Source of the DNA: Spirochaetia bacterium
GTDB taxonomy: Bacteria > Spirochaetota > Spirochaetia > CAKZLE01
Assembly: GCA_963677595.1 (NCBI GenBank)
Contig: OY782041.1
Coordinates: 2,720,001 to 2,784,000, forward strand
Direction of reading: 5' to 3'
DNA: 64,000 nucleotides
This document shows positions 38,035 through 48,421 of the stretch, piece after piece; within the stretch, counting starts at the first letter, position 1; the number at the start of each line of letters is the position of its first letter. Both the position numbers and the translations under genes were made by a program. Under the pieces are notes generated by a model. The model was not told the origin of the DNA. It did not search any database and saw only the letters and a list, made by a program, of their open reading frames with translations.

Positions 38035-39258
38035 ATGAAAGACTCATCGTTCGATTTCCAGGTATTCTCGGAGATAGCCCCCCTGAAGAGCGTGCTGCTC
38101 CACCGGCCGGGACGTGAACTCGAGACCCTCACCCCGCGCTACCTCGACTCCATGCTCTTCGAGGATATTCCCTTCCTCGAGCGGATGCAGTCCGAACATG
38201 ACCAGTTCGCAGCGCTGTTGAGGAAGGAGGGGAGCGAGGTCCTCTACTTCGATGACCTCCTTACCGAGGTCCTGCAGGATGATGCTGTCCGTGCTGATGT
38301 GATCAGAAGGAGTGTCGGGACCTCAGAGGTCCGTGACGTGCGGATCAGGGAAGCGCTCATCTCGATGCTCTCCTCCCTGGAGCCGGAGGCCCTTACTTCC
38401 TACCTCATCGGGGGCGTACAGAAGACCGATGTGGGGGAGACCACGGAAGCCAAGGATCTCTCGTATTACATCAGGGACGAGTATCCCTACTACATCAGCC
38501 CGCTGCCGAACCTCTACTTCACCCGAGATCCCGGTACCACGGTCGGAAGGCGGTTCTCCGTCAATACCATGAATACCTCAGCGAGGAGGCGGGAGACCCT
38601 GCTGCTCTCGGTGATCATGCACAACCAGGGTGAGTCCCTCCCCGGCAGGCTGCTGGAGGACTATACCGGCGGGGCCTCGATCGAGGGAGGGGACATCCTC
38701 ATCCTCGATGAGCATACGCTGGCGGTCGGGTGCAGTGCGCGCAGCGAGGCCTGGGCGATCGAAAGGCTGGCTGACCGAGTGCTCACTCAGGAGGGGTTCT
38801 CACGGCTGCTGGTCATCCAGATTCCCTTCACGAGGGCTTACATGCACCTTGATACGGTCTTCACCATGGTAGACCATGACAAGTTCACGATCTACCCCGG
38901 GGTGGAGCGCAGGCTGAAGGTCTTCAGCCTGACCAAGGACCACAGGGGTTCACTCGGGGTGACGCAGGAGCGGGACCTCGGCAGTGCACTTGCAGGTGCC
39001 CTTGGACTTCCTGCAGTGGACCTGATCGCCACCGGCGGCGGCGATATGATCACTGCCGCACGGGAACAGTGGAATGACAGCACAAATACCCTGGCAGTGG
39101 CCCCGGGGAAGGTTGTCACATACCGTAGAAATGTGGTATCTAATGAGACACTGACCACTCACGGGATTGAGGTCTTGCCGATCGATGGATCGGAACTCGT
39201 ACGGGGAAGGGGCGGCCCAAGATGCATGAGCATGCCGTTGTACCGGTCCCGTCTGTGA
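38035..39258 (+). CDS. arcA: Arginine deiminase
   Basis: [65 protein letters not shown]. Confidence 0.96.
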   Translation: MKDSSFDFQVFSEIAPLKSVLLHRPGRELETLTPRYLDSMLFEDIPFLERMQSEHDQFAALLRKEGSEVLYFDDLLTEVLQDDAVRADVIRRSVGTSEVRDVRIREALISMLSSLEPEALTSYLIGGVQKTDVGETTEAKDLSYYIRDEYPYYISPLPNLYFTRDPGTTVGRRFSVNTMNTSARRRETLLLSVIMHNQGESLPGRLLEDYTGGASIEGGDILILDEHTLAVGCSARSEAWAIERLADRVLTQEGFSRLLVIQIPFTRAYMHLDTVFTMVDHDKFTIYPGVERRLKVFSLTKDHRGSLGVTQERDLGSALAGALGLPAVDLIATGGGDMITAAREQWNDSTNTLAVAPGKVVTYRRNVVSNETLTTHGIEVLPIDGSELVRGRGGPRCMSMPLYRSRL

Positions 39259-39286
39259 GGGGAATCATCTGCGAGGAGGGTGTGCG

Positions 39287-40282
39287 ATGCCTGTGAATTT
39301 ACGAGGAAGGAGTCTGCTGACTCTGAAGGATTTCTCACCGGAGGAGATCCGGTACCTGCTCGATCTCTCGAGAGAGCTGAAGATGAAGAAGCGTTCCGGA
39401 CTGCGCGGCGACCTGCTTGCCGGGAAGAACGTCGTCCTGATCTTCGAGAAGACCTCCACCCGTACACGCTGTGCATTCGAAGTCGCTGCCTTAGACGAGG
39501 GCGGCTGCGTGACCTTCCTGACCAACTCCCAGATGGGTAAGAAAGAGTCCATCGAGGATACCGCGAAGGTCCTCGGCAGGTTCTATGACGGGATCGAGTT
39601 CAGGGGCTACAAGCAGGAGACCGTGGAAGCGCTCGCTGAGTACTCAGGAGTCCCTGTATGGAACGGGCTGACCGACCTCTACCACCCGACCCAGGTACTT
39701 GCTGACTTCCTCACTGCTGAAGAACACCTGAACAAGCCGGTGAGCAAGATGAAGATGGTCTTCGTCGGGGATGCGAGGAACAACGTCGCGAACTCCCTCA
39801 TGCTCTCTGCCGCAAAGATGGGGATGGATTACACCGCCCTCGCACCGAAGGAGCTCTTCCCCTCGGATGACCTCCTCAAAGAAGTGAACGAGTATGCTGC
39901 CTACAGCGGTTCGGTCATCGAGGTGACCGATGATATGGAGCAGGCCGTCAAGGGTGCCGATATCATCTATACCGACGTATGGGTCTCCATGGGAGAGGAA
40001 GATATGTTCGAGGAGCGGATCAAGCTCCTGAAACCCTACCAGGTGACCATGGAGATGCTGAATGCCACGGGGAATCCCGACGTGATCTTCGAGCACTGCC
40101 TCCCGTCCTTCCATGACCTGGATACCCAGGTGGGCAGGGAAGTGTACGAGAAGTACGGACTGAAGGAGATGGAAGTGACTGACGAGGTCTTCAGGAGCCG
40201 TCACTCAGTCGTCTTCGACGAGGCAGAGAACCGTATGCATACCATCAAGGCCGTGATGGTCGCTACTGCGGGCAACCTGTAG
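39287..40282 (+). CDS. argF: Ornithine carbamoyltransferase (probably catabolic ArcB given context)
   Basis: [49 protein letters not shown]. Confidence 0.96.
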   Translation: MPVNLRGRSLLTLKDFSPEEIRYLLDLSRELKMKKRSGLRGDLLAGKNVVLIFEKTSTRTRCAFEVAALDEGGCVTFLTNSQMGKKESIEDTAKVLGRFYDGIEFRGYKQETVEALAEYSGVPVWNGLTDLYHPTQVLADFLTAEEHLNKPVSKMKMVFVGDARNNVANSLMLSAAKMGMDYTALAPKELFPSDDLLKEVNEYAAYSGSVIEVTDDMEQAVKGADIIYTDVWVSMGEEDMFEERIKLLKPYQVTMEMLNATGNPDVIFEHCLPSFHDLDTQVGREVYEKYGLKEMEVTDEVFRSRHSVVFDEAENRMHTIKAVMVATAGNL

Positions 40283-40291
40283 TAGATAACC

Positions 40292-40322
40292 GGGGAGAGC
40301 GATGCTCTCCCTTTGTTTTTTC
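40292..40322 (+). terminator. Intrinsic terminator after argF
   Basis: GGGAGAGC-GAT-GCTCTCCC-TTTGTTTTTT. Confidence 0.85.
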
Positions 40323-40437
40323 TGGGTGTGTAATAAATAGTTGCATTATTTGGAATATACCTTGATACAAATCAGTAAGATGATATAATAAATTGCAAAT
40401 CGGTCTGCAGTACCAGACCTGTTGGAGGAGTTTCGCT

Positions 40438-40788
40438 GTGAAAAAGCTATCGACTGAGAAACTGGCGCTCGAAGTTAAGACAAAGAGAGCTCAGCAGGAA
40501 CTGACACAAGACAGATTGGGAGAACTCACAGGCATTAATCGGGTCATGATAGGTAAGATTGAAAAAGGATCATTCATCCCTTCCATTATGCAGCTGGAAG
40601 CATTGTCTTCCTGCCTGGGGTTTGCTATTGAGAAACTCTTCATCGAGGAGACACAGGCTCCTTCCTTTATGGCCTTGAGAAGTGAAAGCCTTTCGGATAC
40701 TGAAGGGGATGGCTTCGATACCCTGATCTCCATGATGCTGACTCTCAGGAAACAGATCATGTTACGGAAGAATACACTGCATGCATAG
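40438..40788 (+). CDS. XRE-family HTH regulator
   Basis: GTG start after GGAGGAG; LTQDRLGELTGINRVMIGKIEKG...PS. Confidence 0.88.
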   Translation: MKKLSTEKLALEVKTKRAQQELTQDRLGELTGINRVMIGKIEKGSFIPSIMQLEALSSCLGFAIEKLFIEETQAPSFMALRSESLSDTEGDGFDTLISMMLTLRKQIMLRKNTLHA

Positions 40789-41665
40789 AACATATGAGCT
40801 TTCCCCGATAGAACTGCAGGAGATACGCAAATTAGCCGCTGATAAACGCCGGGAACTTGGCTTTATCGGGAATACTCCCATCGGATGCGAACTGTTCCCC
40901 CTCCTGAAGGAGATTGGCATAGAGTTGGTTGAGTTTCCCGTAGACAGTGGTGTTGAGCGGCAATCGTTCTCTGCCGTCCTCCTGTATGTGAGAGTCGATG
41001 GGAGTGAATTGGCATGTATCGGATTGAACACTGCTGATTATCTCGATAACCAGGTTTTTGCTCTGGCACATGAATTGTACCATTATTTTGAGAAATCTGA
41101 ACCTCACCTCTGCCGTCTCGAAGATCTCACTGACAGCAATGGTATAGAGGCGAGAGCCAACCGATTTGCAGCGGTGTTCCTGCTTCCAGAAGAGAGTGTA
41201 AGGGATATTATTTCGAATGAGTTCAAAACAGTTGACTTGAAGTCAATACCGGAGCAGGTCATCCTGAGATTGACCGCGAGGATCCATTGTCGGTGGTGGG
41301 TCCCGTACCGTTCCATCATCAACAGGTTCAGGGAACTCGAGATTATCACGGCTGAACAGTATGATCTCCTGTACACACAAGATGTACGGTCCCCGGACAG
41401 TTATTATGGGAAAGTCGGATTGGCTACGCAGGAGGAGACGTTTCGGAAGTTGAACAGCCGGCCTAGAACCATCGGGACCTCTCCTGAGAATATCGATATG
41501 ATAATCAGGAACTACGAGGAAGCTCTCATTGATGAGGATGAGTTTCATGAGACTATGGCCGTATTCAATAAGTCCCCTGCTGACTTCGGGTATGAACGGG
41601 GTATATCACAAGAGGACCTGGATGAACTAGCTGAGTTCTTCAACGGGGATGGGAATGAAAGTTGA
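40781..41665 (+). CDS. ImmA/IrrE-family metallo-endopeptidase
   Basis: IGLNT, FALAHELYHY (HExxH), E.RANRFAA.FLLP; overlaps XRE gene. Confidence 0.88.
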   Translation: MHRTYELSPIELQEIRKLAADKRRELGFIGNTPIGCELFPLLKEIGIELVEFPVDSGVERQSFSAVLLYVRVDGSELACIGLNTADYLDNQVFALAHELYHYFEKSEPHLCRLEDLTDSNGIEARANRFAAVFLLPEESVRDIISNEFKTVDLKSIPEQVILRLTARIHCRWWVPYRSIINRFRELEIITAEQYDLLYTQDVRSPDSYYGKVGLATQEETFRKLNSRPRTIGTSPENIDMIIRNYEEALIDEDEFHETMAVFNKSPADFGYERGISQEDLDELAEFFNGDGNES

Positions 41666-41747
41666 GACAGGAAGGCAGAATCCTGCTTTGATACGTATAA
41701 TCGAGAATAGAGATCAAATCATAACGCTTGATGTGCTTCATCCATAG
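41655..41747 (+). pseudogene. Possible 30-codon remnant of a third gene of the XRE-ImmA operon
   Basis: ATG overlapping the ImmA 3' end; MKVETGRQNPALIRIIENRDQIITLDVLHP*, ending at the 3' end of the opposite-strand MNT gene. Confidence 0.35.
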
Positions 41748-42070
41748 AGAAGTACCCCTTCGTTGACAATAGCCCGCTCAAGACTGGGAAGTAATGATTT
41801 TTCATTGAACATGGTCTTATTACTTACCAGAAGATCAACGGGATGGGTCTTGTGTAGCCCAATAGCTCTTCGTATTCTTCTCGTAATGGATAAGGGTCTT
41901 TCTGACTGATCATGCATAACAACATAAAAATCATAGTCACTGTCAGGGTTCGGTGTTCCCTTCGCAAAGGAACCGAACAGGTATACCCGTTCTGGATGTA
42001 CCGTCTGTACGATGATCTCTGTAAGCAGTGAGATCTCTTCAAGCTGTGTGGTTCGAACCTTATCAAGCAC
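41738..42070 (-). CDS. Minimal nucleotidyltransferase (MNT) domain protein, no adjacent HEPN downstream
   Basis: VYLFGSFAKG....DSDYDF, PVDLLV, EGVLLYG; likely GTG start 42070 (TATACT-6 nt-GTG). Confidence 0.85.
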   Translation of the reverse strand: MLDKVRTTQLEEISLLTEIIVQTVHPERVYLFGSFAKGTPNPDSDYDFYVVMHDQSERPLSITRRIRRAIGLHKTHPVDLLVSNKTMFNEKSLLPSLERAIVNEGVLLYG

Positions 42071-42221
42071 GTTTGCAGTATATACCAAAATTCATTTGGA
42101 TAAAAGGATTCCCTTGTCTCAGCATAGAATCCCCACCCAACAGCATCATTGAATGTAGAACCTGTTTTCCTAGCCAAACAAAAGGGTTACCTGATCCCCT
42201 GACCAGGACAGGGAGGGATGA

Positions 42222-42551
42222 TTACCTTGGAGACACCTTGGAGAAGACAGGTCTAGCGTAGAGGAGCTTACCGACTCTCTCGATATGATCGATAAGCGCT
42301 CGGTTCTGCAGCGTTTCGAGCTGGCATATATCTACCTGGTAGGGGAGGTCAAGTTCCTCAACAGCAGCCTTGAGCGAGACGATCGTCTCGAACGTGAGAT
42401 CTTCACCTGTCAAGGCTATGTCTATATCGGAACCATTCGTATTGGTTCCTATGGCCCTCGATCCATACAAGATAACGGTATCGATCTCAGGGAACTGTGA
42501 GAAAGTTTCCTGAAGCAGTTCCCATAGGGTAGCCTTGGGATCTGGGCTCAT
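42222..42551 (-). CDS. MNT antitoxin (HI0073-like)
   Basis: VILYGSRAIG....GSDIDIA, LPYQVDI, LIDHIERVG. Confidence 0.88.
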   Translation of the reverse strand: MSPDPKATLWELLQETFSQFPEIDTVILYGSRAIGTNTNGSDIDIALTGEDLTFETIVSLKAAVEELDLPYQVDICQLETLQNRALIDHIERVGKLLYARPVFSKVSPR

Positions 42552-42964
42552 GCCTCCTCCTTACGGAAGTGTTCCATGGTGCCTGAGAATGTAACGAACA
42601 GGTCAAGGTAGACATCAGAGATCAGCTCAAGCACATTGGTCATGGTAGACTCATCATAGGTATGGGTACAGAGGTTCCTGGTCTGGATCATCTTCATCCA
42701 CGGTTCCCCGTCTGTCACAAGATTCAGCCTGAACGCTTCCCGTATGGCATCCCGTGACCCATAGAGGTCAGAGACCCCTCTGGCCTGGAGGAAGTCCTTC
42801 ATGACCTTCCAGGAGAGCTCATAGGTCAACTCGAACAACCTGATCATGCCAAGTCGTTCCAAAACAGACAACTTGCGGGAATTCGATGACCCGTGGGCTT
42901 CTTTCAGACTTTCCAGTGCACGTTTGAAATTACCATAACGCTGAACCCATCGTATATCCGTCAT
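42548..42964 (-). CDS. HEPN / nucleotidyltransferase substrate-binding protein (HI0074-like), putative RNase toxin
   Basis: RWVQR..NF.RAL, FELTYELSWKVMKD, GSRDAIREAF, W.KMI..RNLCTHTY (RX4H). Confidence 0.88.
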   Translation of the reverse strand: MTDIRWVQRYGNFKRALESLKEAHGSSNSRKLSVLERLGMIRLFELTYELSWKVMKDFLQARGVSDLYGSRDAIREAFRLNLVTDGEPWMKMIQTRNLCTHTYDESTMTNVLELISDVYLDLFVTFSGTMEHFRKEEA

Positions 42965-43003
42965 ATACAGTTCCCTTTACCTGATCATACCATAGATTGA
43001 CCC

Positions 43004-43318
43004 TTATTCAAACGTGATGCTCATATCGGTCGGCAGGGCAAGGCCGGCTGCCACCTCGGTCGCCCTGAGGATGCCTGAGAAGACCGGGCAGGAGGGGTGG
43101 GGACACCCCTTCATCATGACCTGGAATACTTCAGGTCCCCCCTCGGACTGGAAGGCCATCTCCCGGAACGGGTCGAGGCTCTCCAGCTCTCCTGCCATCT
43201 TCGTTATATGTGCACATTCGCTCTCTATGGTGAGATGGACCCGGAAGTCATCTCCCATCTTCGTCTCTACGGTCGTGGTGAAGTTGCAGTTCCCTGCGAA
43301 GATCGTCGCTTTTGCCAT
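43004..43318 (-). CDS. Small Cys/His-containing conserved protein (DUF6951-like)
   Basis: MAKATIFAGNCNFTT, SECAHI, CPHPSCPVFSGILRA.EVAAGLALP; GGGAG RBS. Confidence 0.7.
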   Translation of the reverse strand: MAKATIFAGNCNFTTTVETKMGDDFRVHLTIESECAHITKMAGELESLDPFREMAFQSEGGPEVFQVMMKGCPHPSCPVFSGILRATEVAAGLALPTDMSITFE

Positions 43319-43331
43319 GGTAGTGGTCTCC

Positions 43332-44774
43332 CTACAGTCTTTGAGAATTCCTGAGTAATTCAATATAGAATATAATACCTTTCTCGATATTTTCAAGGGA
43401 GATCCTCTCATTGTAGCTGTGCATCCTCCCGAGCTCCTCTGACGGGAGCTGGTAGGGGCCGAACCGGTAGACCTTGTCCGAGACCTCCTCGTACTTCCTG
43501 GCATCAGAGCCTCCCACCATGAGGTAGGGGGAGACGACCGCCTCGGTGAAGACCGAGGCGACAGTGTCAGCGATGAGGGTGAACTCGGGACAGTTTACGG
43601 GGGAGAGGTTTGATGGGTTCTCGGCCCTGACCGGGGTGATGGTCACCTCTTCGTCAGCTATGGTCTTCCTCAGGTACTCGACCGTCCTCTCGACCGTGTC
43701 GCCATGGAGCTGCCTGATGTTGAGCATGACCGATGCCTCGGTCGGCAGGACGTTGGCGGCATCGCTCCCCTTTGCCATCGTGGCCGCGATCGTCGTCCGG
43801 ATCATGGCGTTGCTCGCATGGTTGTTGGTCATGACGGAGAGGAAGAGCGGCTTGAAGAGCCAGAGGTTGGAGAGGATGATCCGGTTGGTCAGTGACATAT
43901 GGGGGCCGAGGGAGGCGAACATGGCCTTTGGGGCGAACTCCAGGCGGGTAGGCATCGGGTGCTTCTGTACTCGGGTAACGGCTGCAGCGACCCGGCTGAG
44001 TGCCGTATGGGGCATCGGCATGGAGGAGTGCCCTCCCGGGGAGGTGCTCTCCAGCTTCACGTCGAGATATCCCTTCTCCCCGATGCCGATCGTGGCGATC
44101 GGTTTGTCGATGCCGGAGATCATCCCTTCGGAGACGGCACCGCCCTCATCGAGGACATAGGCGAACCGCATGCCGCGCTCCTTGAAGAGCTCCACGGCTG
44201 CGCCGGCGCCGGCGTAGCCGCCGACCTCCTCATCGTGACCGAAGCAGAGATGGATCGAACGTGAAGGGTTGAACCCCTCAGAGAGGAGGTGCTCGACCGC
44301 CTCGAGGATCCCGATGATCTGGATCTTCACATCCAGTGTCCCGCGTCCCCAGACATAGGTGTCGTCGATGAATCCTTCGAAGGGACCGTGTTCCCAGCCA
44401 GAGAGCTCTCCAGGGGGGACGACGTCCTGGTGGGCAAGCAGGAGGACCGGCTCCTTCTGAGGATCCGATCCCTTCCAGGTATAGTGGAGGGTATGGACCC
44501 CGATCTTCTCGAGGGAGAGTTCTTCATGGACCTTCGGGTAGGTCTCTTTGAGCCACTCCTGAAAGGCCTCGAAGGCATCCCAGTCGACTCCTTCCCCATG
44601 AGGGTACGAGATCGTCTGGAAGGAGACCGCCCGTGCCAGGTGTTCTGCCCCGCTGTTCTTCGGCGGGGTGAGAGGTTCTGCGGCTGCCTTCACGGCAGGC
44701 TTGAACCGGATGGTCCTGATGGTGATGATCCCTACCAGGACCAGGATGAGCGCGATGATGATGATCCACAGCAT
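43332..44774 (-). CDS. M20-family peptidase/aminoacylase (carboxypeptidase S / PM20D1-like) with N-terminal membrane anchor
   Basis: LLAHQDVVP, WGRGTLDVK, FGHDEEVGG, VLDEGG, GGHSS, GGSDAR, MHSYNERI. Confidence 0.9.
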   Translation of the reverse strand: MLWIIIIALILVLVGIITIRTIRFKPAVKAAAEPLTPPKNSGAEHLARAVSFQTISYPHGEGVDWDAFEAFQEWLKETYPKVHEELSLEKIGVHTLHYTWKGSDPQKEPVLLLAHQDVVPPGELSGWEHGPFEGFIDDTYVWGRGTLDVKIQIIGILEAVEHLLSEGFNPSRSIHLCFGHDEEVGGYAGAGAAVELFKERGMRFAYVLDEGGAVSEGMISGIDKPIATIGIGEKGYLDVKLESTSPGGHSSMPMPHTALSRVAAAVTRVQKHPMPTRLEFAPKAMFASLGPHMSLTNRIILSNLWLFKPLFLSVMTNNHASNAMIRTTIAATMAKGSDAANVLPTEASVMLNIRQLHGDTVERTVEYLRKTIADEEVTITPVRAENPSNLSPVNCPEFTLIADTVASVFTEAVVSPYLMVGGSDARKYEEVSDKVYRFGPYQLPSEELGRMHSYNERISLENIEKGIIFYIELLRNSQRL

Positions 44775-44783
44775 GAGAGCCTC

Positions 44784-46211
44784 CTAATAGCCGATCCCCA
44801 CTGCCAGCAGCAGGAAGAGGATCGAGACAGCGAAGATGATGAGTTCGATCTTCCAGATGAACCTGAACCACCTGCCGTAGCTGATGCCCGTGATCGAGAG
44901 ACAGATGAGCAGCAGGGCGTTGGTGGGGTAGAATATGTTCGAGAAACCGTCCCCGAAGACGAAGGCGAGGATCGCCGTCTGTCGGGAGAGCCCGACCAGG
45001 TCAGCCAGCGGGGTGATGATCGGTATGATCAGGAATGCCTTGGCAGAACCTGATGAGATGAAGAAGTTGAGCACGAGCACGAGCAGGTAGATCATCAGCA
45101 CAGCAGTCAACGGACCGGAGCCTGAGATCTTCGTCGATGCGACATAGAGGATCGTGTCCATGATCCCCGCCTGTGCCATGATGTACTTGATGCTCGATGC
45201 CATCAGCACCAGGACGGCACCGGGAAGGACGTTGAGGATGCCTTCACCCATATAGGAGCCGAGCTGCCTGGCTCCCATGCCGGAGATGATCCCTGAGCCG
45301 AGGCCCGCGATGAGGAAGAAGAGCATGACCACGACGAGCACCAGGGAGGAGAGGGCCTCGATGTTCGAGGCGATGATGATCATGGCGACCATGATGATCA
45401 TGACCGTCACGAACCAGGTCACCGCCCGGCGCATCTTCGGGTTCGTCTCCCCCGATACCGCTAACGTCTCCTGCAGGGCAGCAGGGTCGATCGACTCGAT
45501 GCTGTTCGACCGTTTCGAGTGGTAGATGACATAACCGGTATAGAGGAGGTAGATGACGATGAAGATCACGATGCGGTAGGGGGCTCCCGAGAAGAGCGGC
45601 ACATCGGCGATCTTCTGCGCCACCCCGACGGTGAAGGGGTTCGAGATCGCCGATGCAAACCCGAAGGCTATAGCCCCAAGACTCAATCCCAGGCCGGTGA
45701 GGGAGTCCCAGCCCATCGACCTGGCAAGCAGGACGAGGATCGGCACGAGGACGATCACCTCCTCCATGCTGCCGAGGATAGAGCCGAAGAGCATGAAGAT
45801 GAGGATGATGGAAGCCTCCATCAGGAACCGCTTCTCGGAGAACCTCCCCACGATGGAGATGATGATGTAGGAGAGGATGTCCCCCTTGTTCATGACGTGC
45901 ATGGCGCCGGCGATGAGGCACATGAAGAGGATGATGCTGATGATCGTCACGGCATCAGGTCCCCAGAGGACCTCGACCGGGGCGGTGAACCATCGCCAGA
46001 CGGGGACCGGTTCGGACTCGGTATAGGCGAACGAGCCCTCGACGACTTCTGCCCGTCCGCCGGTCTCGATCCGTTCATACGAACCGGACGGGATCGCCCG
46101 GGAGAGGACTCCCGTGAGGATGATCAGGACCAGGAGGATCGAGGCGGCAAGCGCAAGGGAGCGCAGGCCGATCTTCAGCTCGATCGAAGGCTGCTGTTCT
46201 TTCGTGTTCAT
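44784..46211 (-). CDS. YfcC / C4-dicarboxylate anaerobic carrier family transporter
   Basis: IPSGSYER, GSMEE, NPFTVGVAQKIA.VPLFSG..YR, FFISSGSAKA, FGDGFSN.FYPTN. Confidence 0.88.
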   Translation of the reverse strand: MNTKEQQPSIELKIGLRSLALAASILLVLIILTGVLSRAIPSGSYERIETGGRAEVVEGSFAYTESEPVPVWRWFTAPVEVLWGPDAVTIISIILFMCLIAGAMHVMNKGDILSYIIISIVGRFSEKRFLMEASIILIFMLFGSILGSMEEVIVLVPILVLLARSMGWDSLTGLGLSLGAIAFGFASAISNPFTVGVAQKIADVPLFSGAPYRIVIFIVIYLLYTGYVIYHSKRSNSIESIDPAALQETLAVSGETNPKMRRAVTWFVTVMIIMVAMIIIASNIEALSSLVLVVVMLFFLIAGLGSGIISGMGARQLGSYMGEGILNVLPGAVLVLMASSIKYIMAQAGIMDTILYVASTKISGSGPLTAVLMIYLLVLVLNFFISSGSAKAFLIIPIITPLADLVGLSRQTAILAFVFGDGFSNIFYPTNALLLICLSITGISYGRWFRFIWKIELIIFAVSILFLLLAVGIGY

Positions 46212-46247
46212 GGCACACAGTATAGCACGGAATGCCTCACGTGCGTA

Positions 46248-47594
46248 CTAGGTATTCCAGCTTCTCCCGTCGGCCTCTATGAGCTTCTGTGCCGCAATGG
46301 GCATCGTATGGTCGGGGTAGGTCTCGACGACGTTCCCGCTCAAGGTCGGGGTGATGATCCGCCAGGCCTCGCTGATCTCCTCGAAGAAGGGGAAGAGCGA
46401 CTTGTCCGACTGGAGGATCTTCTCCACGATCTGCTCATAGGCTTCGGGGGTGTTTGCCCGGAAGGTCTTCGCATGGTCGAAGTTGAACCTGACCGGCTGG
46501 GTCTCCCACTTCCTGTTGGGAACCTTCATGTTCAGCGTGATGTCGATCGTCATCTCCGGGTTCGTGGTGATGATCACCGAGTTCCCCGACAGCCCGGCAT
46601 CATCCATAACACGGCCCATGGTGTTCTTGAAGTTGACGAAGATCTGGGAGCGCGCCTCCTTCTGCATCTTCCCGGTACGCACGTAGATGGGGACCCCGGC
46701 GAACTCGTAGGTGTCGACATAGAACTTCAAGGCGGTGTAGGTCGGGGTAGCCTTGTGCCCCTCCTGCTTCTTCGCCAGACTCTCGTACCTGCAGAGCGAG
46801 AAATCCTCGACGGGCTTCATGGCCCGGAGTACCCTCGTCTTCTCATGGGAGATCTCCTCGGGAGTGAACTGGGAGGGTTCGGACATCGTCAGGTGGGTGA
46901 TGATCTGCAGGATGTGGTTCTGGACCGTGTCCCGGACGACCCCGATCTGCTCATAGAAGCCGAGACGCTGGTCCACCCCAAGCGTCTCATCGAAGATGAT
47001 CTGGATATTGTCGATGAAGTGGTTGTTCCAGATGCCCCGTATGATGTCATTGTGGAACCGCATGATCAGGAGGTTCTGCATGAACTCTTTCCCCAGGTAG
47101 TGGTCTACCCGGTAGATCTCCTTATCGTCGAAGACCTGGGTCAGGATGTTGTTGTAGACCCCGGCACTCTCACGGTTGAACCCGAAGGGCTTCTCCACGA
47201 CGATCTTCTTGTGGATGCTGCAGTGTACCCCTTCATTGACCCTCTGGATCTGCTTGATCGCCGTCTCGTAGAGGGTAGGCTGTAAGGCGATGTAGTAGAT
47301 GAGCTCGGAATCGCAGTCAGGAGTGATCCTGCTGTTGATCTCATCGATGAGGCCCCGTTCGCAGTCCTCGGCCTTCATGTCATAGTGAAGGTAGGATACC
47401 CGCGAGGTGAACTCCTCGCTCACCGTCGGGATGACCTCGTTCATGAAGTCGGAAGCCTCGGTATACCGCCGCCCGAGGGCTATCAGGTGGAAGTCATAGC
47501 CCTTCTTCAATAGGTTGATATAAGCGGGGATGAGTTTCTTGCGGAACAGGTCCCCCGTCCCGCCGAACTGTATGATGATCTGCTTCATCTTCAT
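46248..47594 (-). CDS. zwf: Glucose-6-phosphate 1-dehydrogenase
   Basis: FGGTGDL..KKL.PA, VVEKPFG, IYRVDHYLGKE, RD.VQNHILQ, GVPIYVRTGK, AYE. Confidence 0.94.
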   Translation of the reverse strand: MKMKQIIIQFGGTGDLFRKKLIPAYINLLKKGYDFHLIALGRRYTEASDFMNEVIPTVSEEFTSRVSYLHYDMKAEDCERGLIDEINSRITPDCDSELIYYIALQPTLYETAIKQIQRVNEGVHCSIHKKIVVEKPFGFNRESAGVYNNILTQVFDDKEIYRVDHYLGKEFMQNLLIMRFHNDIIRGIWNNHFIDNIQIIFDETLGVDQRLGFYEQIGVVRDTVQNHILQIITHLTMSEPSQFTPEEISHEKTRVLRAMKPVEDFSLCRYESLAKKQEGHKATPTYTALKFYVDTYEFAGVPIYVRTGKMQKEARSQIFVNFKNTMGRVMDDAGLSGNSVIITTNPEMTIDITLNMKVPNRKWETQPVRFNFDHAKTFRANTPEAYEQIVEKILQSDKSLFPFFEEISEAWRIITPTLSGNVVETYPDHTMPIAAQKLIEADGRSWNT

Positions 47595-48232
47595 GTGTGT
47601 ACCTCCTGCAGGTCTGTGATGACCGTGACGCTGTTCATGGTATCGCGGAAGAACGCTGACGGGAGGGCATAGGGAGACTCCCCGGTCATGAACCGCCTCA
47701 AAGCATCGCGTTTTGCCTCCCCGAGGAAGAGCAGGAGATACTCAGCATCCCCAGCCAGCTCCCTGAACCCCCGGTAGGTGATCGTCACCCGGCGTTTCGG
47801 CGGCTTCGGTGAATTCGAGATCTCAGTTCTTGCCGGGGTATCATCCCGGTCAAGGTGGGGGAAGGATCTTGGGAAGAGTGAGGCGACGTGGCCGTCCTCC
47901 CCGACCCCGAGGAAGACCAGCTGCATGGGTGCAGGCCCGGTAAGGACCTGACTCGATGAGAACCTCCCTGCGGCGATCAGGTCCGCCAGGCCTGACTCCA
48001 TGATCCCATCAATATTCTTCTCTCCCTCGAGCCGCTCATCGACGAGCAGCAGCCTGATGCGGCTCAGCTGCCCATCCCCAATGGAGGCAAGTGCCGTGAT
48101 GATGTGCTTCACCGACCTCCCGCCGGGGATCCCGATGGTGATGGTCCCCCGTGCCCCGAGAGCCTTCATGATATGTTCCCGGATGGTATCGACCAGCTGG
48201 CCGGTACTCTCCTGATACTGGACTTCAAACAT
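47591..48232 (-). CDS. pgl: 6-phosphogluconolactonase (short form)
   Basis: IPGGRS, LVDER, LGVGEDGHVASLFP, SPKPPKRRVTIT, GEAKRDAL; overlaps zwf. Confidence 0.85.
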   Translation of the reverse strand: MFEVQYQESTGQLVDTIREHIMKALGARGTITIGIPGGRSVKHIITALASIGDGQLSRIRLLLVDERLEGEKNIDGIMESGLADLIAAGRFSSSQVLTGPAPMQLVFLGVGEDGHVASLFPRSFPHLDRDDTPARTEISNSPKPPKRRVTITYRGFRELAGDAEYLLLFLGEAKRDALRRFMTGESPYALPSAFFRDTMNSVTVITDLQEVHT

Positions 48233-48421
48233 CTTACTCCCCCCGTATGCTATAAACATACGATATCGGTCAGGCATTGTGAAGAGAAAAAGAACTATTC
48301 AGCGATGTTCTTCTCGCTCGGAGGGATACGCGCCGGGGAAGGATACCAATGTTCCTGCTGAACAGTTTACTTGCGAATCGTGCAGGCTTATACTGAGATT
48401 ACCTTGAAGAGGGAGGTCCCC

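Noticed and set aside
40330-43000. Prophage or ICE suggested by XRE + ImmA
   Set aside because: No integrase, terminal repeats, tRNA target or phage/conjugation genes visible.
45519-47285. 588-aa plus-strand ORF
   Set aside because: Antisense to yfcC and zwf, which have clear family motifs; typical shadow ORF composition.
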